This document shows, piece by piece, positions 17,305 through 20,000 of a stretch of DNA of 20,000 bases. The stretch is taken from IMG/VR virus record IMGVR_UViG_3300028396_000003; one strand, given 5' to 3'. This stretch comes from an uncultured virus (IMG/VR IMGVR_UViG_3300028396_000003) (taxonomy: Duplodnaviria; Heunggongvirae; Uroviricota; Caudoviricetes). The notes under the pieces are model-generated. The model had not been told where the DNA came from. It saw nothing but the letters and a program-made list of their open reading frames with translations, and did no database searches. How positions within the stretch are numbered: position 1 is the first letter of the stretch; each line of letters begins with the position of its first letter. The translations under genes and the position numbers were made by a program.

Positions 17305-17472
17305 ATGCCATACATATTACTTCGCAACAAGAGTGTGGTTCAGCATATTATAATGGTTGGACCAACAAACGATAACTTTAGAGAGTCAAAAGTAGTTGAC
17401 TTAAAGTTTGAAACATTAGAGGCAGCCAATGAGGTTGCTGAAGTTTTGAAAGCTAAAGTAAAAGCAGCATAG
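17305..17472 (+). CDS. Hypothetical protein (55 aa, MPYILLRNKSVVQHIIMVGPTND...)
   Basis: Hand-translated; SD AAGGA; ends at the tRNA-Arg 5' end. Confidence 0.6.
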   Translation: MPYILLRNKSVVQHIIMVGPTNDNFRESKVVDLKFETLEAANEVAEVLKAKVKAA

Positions 17473-17549
17473 GTTCCTTAGCTCAGCCGGATTAGAGCAA
17501 GTGCCTTCTAAGCACTAGGTCGTAGGTTCGAGTCCTACAGGAATCACCA
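17472..17549 (+). tRNA. tRNA-Arg (TCT)
   Basis: GGTTCCT/AGGAATC acceptor, AGTGC-CTTCTAA-GCACT anticodon arm, TTCGAGT T-loop, encoded CCA. Confidence 0.95.
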
Positions 17550-17558
17550 AATCAATAA

Positions 17559-17633
17559 TGGAACGTAGCATAATGGTAATGCATCGCTTTTTGGTAGCGC
17601 AGAGTATAGGTTCGAGTCCTATCGTTCCAGCCA
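17559..17633 (+). tRNA. tRNA-Gln (TTG)
   Basis: TGGAACG/CGTTCCA acceptor, loop TTTTGGT, ATAGG-TTCGAGT-CCTAT, discriminator G plus CCA. Confidence 0.9.
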
Positions 17634-17649
17634 AATAATAGGAAACAAA

Positions 17650-17832
17650 ATGTGGGTATTAGTCTTTATATATTTTTATGACTCAACACCATACGTAGAA
17701 ACATATGACGTATATACTTCAATGACTGAATGCTTTAGAGGTAGAGAAGCATTGGCTGATGAAGTTGGAAAAGGCGCTGGGTATTTTAAACCCGGACAAC
17801 AAGCAGTTTGCATAAACCTTCAGTCTACATAG
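17650..17832 (+). CDS. Hypothetical protein (60 aa) with hydrophobic N-terminus and two Cys
   Basis: ORF track; SD AGGA. Confidence 0.7.
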   Translation: MWVLVFIYFYDSTPYVETYDVYTSMTECFRGREALADEVGKGAGYFKPGQQAVCINLQST

Positions 17833-17841
17833 AGACTGTTA

Positions 17842-17918
17842 GCCCGCGTGATGGAATTGGTATACATATTTGACTTAAAATCAAAGTTTTGCCGGTTCGA
17901 GTCCGGCCGCGGGTACCA
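17842..17918 (+). tRNA. tRNA-Leu (TAA), short variable loop
   Basis: GCCCGCG/CGCGGGT acceptor, TTTGA-CTTAAAA-TCAAA, GCCGG-TTCGAGT-CCGGC, A73 plus CCA. Confidence 0.92.
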
Positions 17919-18429
17919 ATACAGGAGAACGACGAATGCCAATTAAATTTGATACTGGGTACTGTTTAATAGAAACGGCGTCGTCTTGATTCCCTCCGAG
18001 CACGGAATAATGTGGTTGGCCATTCACAATCTTGGTACTTACATAGAATCCGACATGCCCTTGCCACCCACTATTCCCACGTGTAAAAATGACTACATCG
18101 CCTTGCTGAGGTTTATTAACTGGGTTTCCCCACTCTAAAAACGAACGAGCCATTAACGGATATTGGCTTACTTCAGAAGAAGTAGGGTGTCCGTTTTGCT
18201 CTAAAATCATATTGACAAACGCTGCACACCACTCAGTTGTTACAGGATCTACACCAAGTAATTGGTAAATAATATTACGATCTTTTACTTCTTCGAGTTT
18301 ATGGTATGCAAAGGCTTTGTGAGTTAATGTATGTTTAGTAGGGATGTGTACGTGTTGTATAGGAACATTCTCACCTACACATCCTGACAAAAATAATAGT
18401 GTCGTAATTATAATAAATACATTTTTCAT
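17881..18429 (-). CDS. TIGR02594-like NlpC/P60/CHAP-fold putative peptidoglycan hydrolase, lipoprotein
   Basis: Lipobox LSG-C; WCAAFVN, ARSFLEWG, GDVVIF.RG, GHVGFYV and LGGNQ. Confidence 0.85.
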   Translation of the reverse strand: MKNVFIIITTLLFLSGCVGENVPIQHVHIPTKHTLTHKAFAYHKLEEVKDRNIIYQLLGVDPVTTEWCAAFVNMILEQNGHPTSSEVSQYPLMARSFLEWGNPVNKPQQGDVVIFTRGNSGWQGHVGFYVSTKIVNGQPHYSVLGGNQDDAVSIKQYPVSNLIGIRRSPVLVPAAGLEPAKL

Positions 18430-18436
18430 ACAAGGT

Positions 18437-18444
18437 TATTTATA
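18437..18444 (-). promoter_or_regulatory. T4-type late promoter TATAAATA for the TIGR02594-like gene
   Basis: Exact consensus 7 nt before the ATG, giving a near-leaderless transcript. Confidence 0.7.
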
Positions 18445-19299
18445 ATGAAAGTTTTAGTTACAGGCGCAACGGGTTATATCGGATCACATGTTTGTTACAA
18501 ACTGAAACAAAATGGACACTATGTTGAAGGCTGGGATATTAATTTCCATGGTGAGTATAACGACGTATCTTTTATTGACTTGTTTGAAAAGGTAGACATT
18601 ACAAACATAATGTATAATGAACAAAAGTTTGATGCCGTTGTTCATCTTGCTGGTAGAAGTATAGTACCACAAAGTCTTAAAGAGCCATCTGAATATTATA
18701 GAGTAAATGCAATGGGTACTGACCATTTACTTAAAAAAGTTAAAACACCAAACTTTATATTCGCCAGTACTAGCTCGGCATTTGAAATGGCATCGCCATA
18801 TGCTCGTAGCAAAGTAGCAGCTGAGGATATAATTAAGGAGAAAGCCAATGGGCACACTATTTTTCGCTTTTATAATGTTTCTGGCACTAATGGGACATTA
18901 CGGCAGCTCGGTGTTCCAAGTCATCTTATTCGCGTGGCTAGTTTGGTTGCTCACGGACAATTACCCGATATTAAAATCTTTGGCACAGACTACCCTACTC
19001 GTGATGGGACTTGCATACGTGATTATATACATGTTAGTGATCTTTGTAGCGCTATCGTAAAAGCAGTAGAAACCGGTCCAACAAATACACCATATGAATG
19101 CCTTGGTTCTGCGCAAGGGTATTCGGTATTAGATGTAATTGATTCAATGGAAAGAGTTACTGGTAAAAAACTTAAAAAGGTTTTAACAGATAGAAGAGCA
19201 GGTGATGCAACTTCATGTATTGTTGATAATTTATCGGAATTGTGTGAGCTTACTAAAACACTTGATGATATGTGCCTAGACCAATATAATCTAGCTTAG
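18445..19299 (+). CDS. galE: NAD-dependent nucleotide-sugar epimerase (UDP-glucose 4-epimerase-like)
   Basis: GATGYIG, VVHLAG, YARSK and FGTDYPTRDGTCIRDYIHV. Confidence 0.88.
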   Translation: MKVLVTGATGYIGSHVCYKLKQNGHYVEGWDINFHGEYNDVSFIDLFEKVDITNIMYNEQKFDAVVHLAGRSIVPQSLKEPSEYYRVNAMGTDHLLKKVKTPNFIFASTSSAFEMASPYARSKVAAEDIIKEKANGHTIFRFYNVSGTNGTLRQLGVPSHLIRVASLVAHGQLPDIKIFGTDYPTRDGTCIRDYIHVSDLCSAIVKAVETGPTNTPYECLGSAQGYSVLDVIDSMERVTGKKLKKVLTDRRAGDATSCIVDNLSELCELTKTLDDMCLDQYNLA

Positions 19300-19300
19300 T

Positions 19301-19325
19301 GTACGACTCCCAATGGGAGCCATAC
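19301..19325. terminator. Hairpin between convergent genes, possibly a bidirectional terminator
   Basis: Minus strand GUAUGGCUCCC-AUU-GGGAGUCGUAC; plus strand is followed by TTTTT. Confidence 0.55.
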
Positions 19326-19328
19326 TTT

Positions 19329-19613
19329 TTAAACAGCGAAGCTTTCGCCACAACCACATGATGCAGTTGCGTTAGGGTTTACCACCTTCAAATAAGATCC
19401 GCCAAGTTCCTCGATGTAATCAACTGTACATCCAAAAACAAACATTTCTGCCATTGGGTCAAGCCATAAGTTATCAACGGTCGCTTCCTTATCGGTAACT
19501 CCCCACTCATACTGAAATCCAGAACAGCCACCACCTTTTACATTAAGTGATACATTTGGCTTACCGACTTTCTTTAAATAGTCTTTTGCTCTATCAGTGA
19601 CATTTAAAATCAT
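19329..19613 (-). CDS. iscA: HesB/IscA-family A-type Fe-S cluster assembly protein
   Basis: GGGCSGFQY and NPNATASCGCGESF. Confidence 0.92.
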   Translation of the reverse strand: MILNVTDRAKDYLKKVGKPNVSLNVKGGGCSGFQYEWGVTDKEATVDNLWLDPMAEMFVFGCTVDYIEELGGSYLKVVNPNATASCGCGESFAV

Positions 19614-19768
19614 TCAGATTTCCACATAGTCCAAGCACCCCAAGCAATCGCAACGCCTGCTGCAATTTTAGCCAATGGTGCCATAAATAAAATCATAAGA
19701 CCAAGCGCAATACACACTCCGCCGTCCCATGTGGTTCTTTCTTTTAGTCTGTTTTTAATCCAGCTCAT
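19610..19768 (-). CDS. Small membrane protein (52 aa)
   Basis: Hand-translated MSWIKNRLKERTTWDGGVCIALGLMILFMAPLAKIAAGVAIAWGAWTMWKSE; ATGA overlaps with both neighbours. Confidence 0.75.
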   Translation of the reverse strand: MSWIKNRLKERTTWDGGVCIALGLMILFMAPLAKIAAGVAIAWGAWTMWKSE

Positions 19769-20000
19769 TTTTTTGTTCCCTTCTGTCTAATAATCTTAGT
19801 ATTAGATTTGGTTTCTAAGTGTTTTAGACGCATTTCCATATCGTCAATCTTTTGAGTGATTTTTGGATACTTTTTACGCCAAGCATTTTCCGGCTGCTCT
19901 AACCATGTCCAACCCCAACGTTCAACCAAGAAATCCATTCCTCTATCAAATCGAGCGTATAACCATAAAGCCATTCGCGTGGTGCTGAACCATGTCGAAA
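19765..20000 (-). CDS. Hypothetical protein, start lies beyond the right edge
   Basis: Frame stays open from 19974 to the window edge (STWFSTTRMALWLY...). Confidence 0.7.
   Translation of the reverse strand, partial: STWFSTTRMALWLYARFDRGMDFLVERWGWTWLEQPENAWRKKYPKITQKIDDMEMRLKHLETKSNTKIIRQKGTKK

Noticed and set aside
2179..19060. Overlapping or antisense ORFs in the track (e.g. 2179-2532, 3013-3345, 9111-9317, 11825-12163, 12209-12634, 14102-14425, 18484-18726)
   Set aside because: They are shadows of well-supported genes, with no SD or recognisable motifs
19610..19768. Holin call for the 52-aa membrane protein
   Set aside because: Size and hydrophobicity fit, but there is no diagnostic evidence; left as a membrane protein
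1..20000. CRISPR array, IS element, integrase or alternative genetic code
   Set aside because: No regular repeat-spacer pattern and no transposase or integrase ORF; core genes translate fully in code 11 and use all three stop codons

Overview
AT-rich segment of a T4-like (exo-T-even type) myovirus genome. The host is probably a marine alphaproteobacterium (inferred from the HesB/IscA, TIGR02594, glycine-zipper and PiT-like genes and from GANTC-containing promoters). The left ~11.6 kb (minus strand) runs gp3, uvsY, uvsW, a hypothetical, gp55 late sigma, gp47, gp46, a hypothetical, gp43 DNA polymerase, a DUF465-like gene, a MazG-like pyrophosphatase, a frameshifted PiT-like transporter and small ORFs. 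The plus-strand block holds fused gp39+60 and gp52 topoisomerase II, two HExxH paralogs, small early and membrane ORFs, and three tRNAs (Arg-TCT, Gln-TTG, Leu-TAA). The right end has a lipoprotein NlpC/P60-like gene, a GalE-like epimerase and an IscA/HesB gene. The most notable signals are non-coding: a tandem twin-loop hairpin (riboswitch-like) leader on the PiT-like gene; an SD-sequestering hairpin containing a late promoter; a perfect sigma70 promoter firing antisense into uvsW; repeated AGAATCA (GANTC) motifs in early promoters; and a tRNA-Leu lacking the long variable arm. All family calls are from motif recognition by eye; no database search was run.
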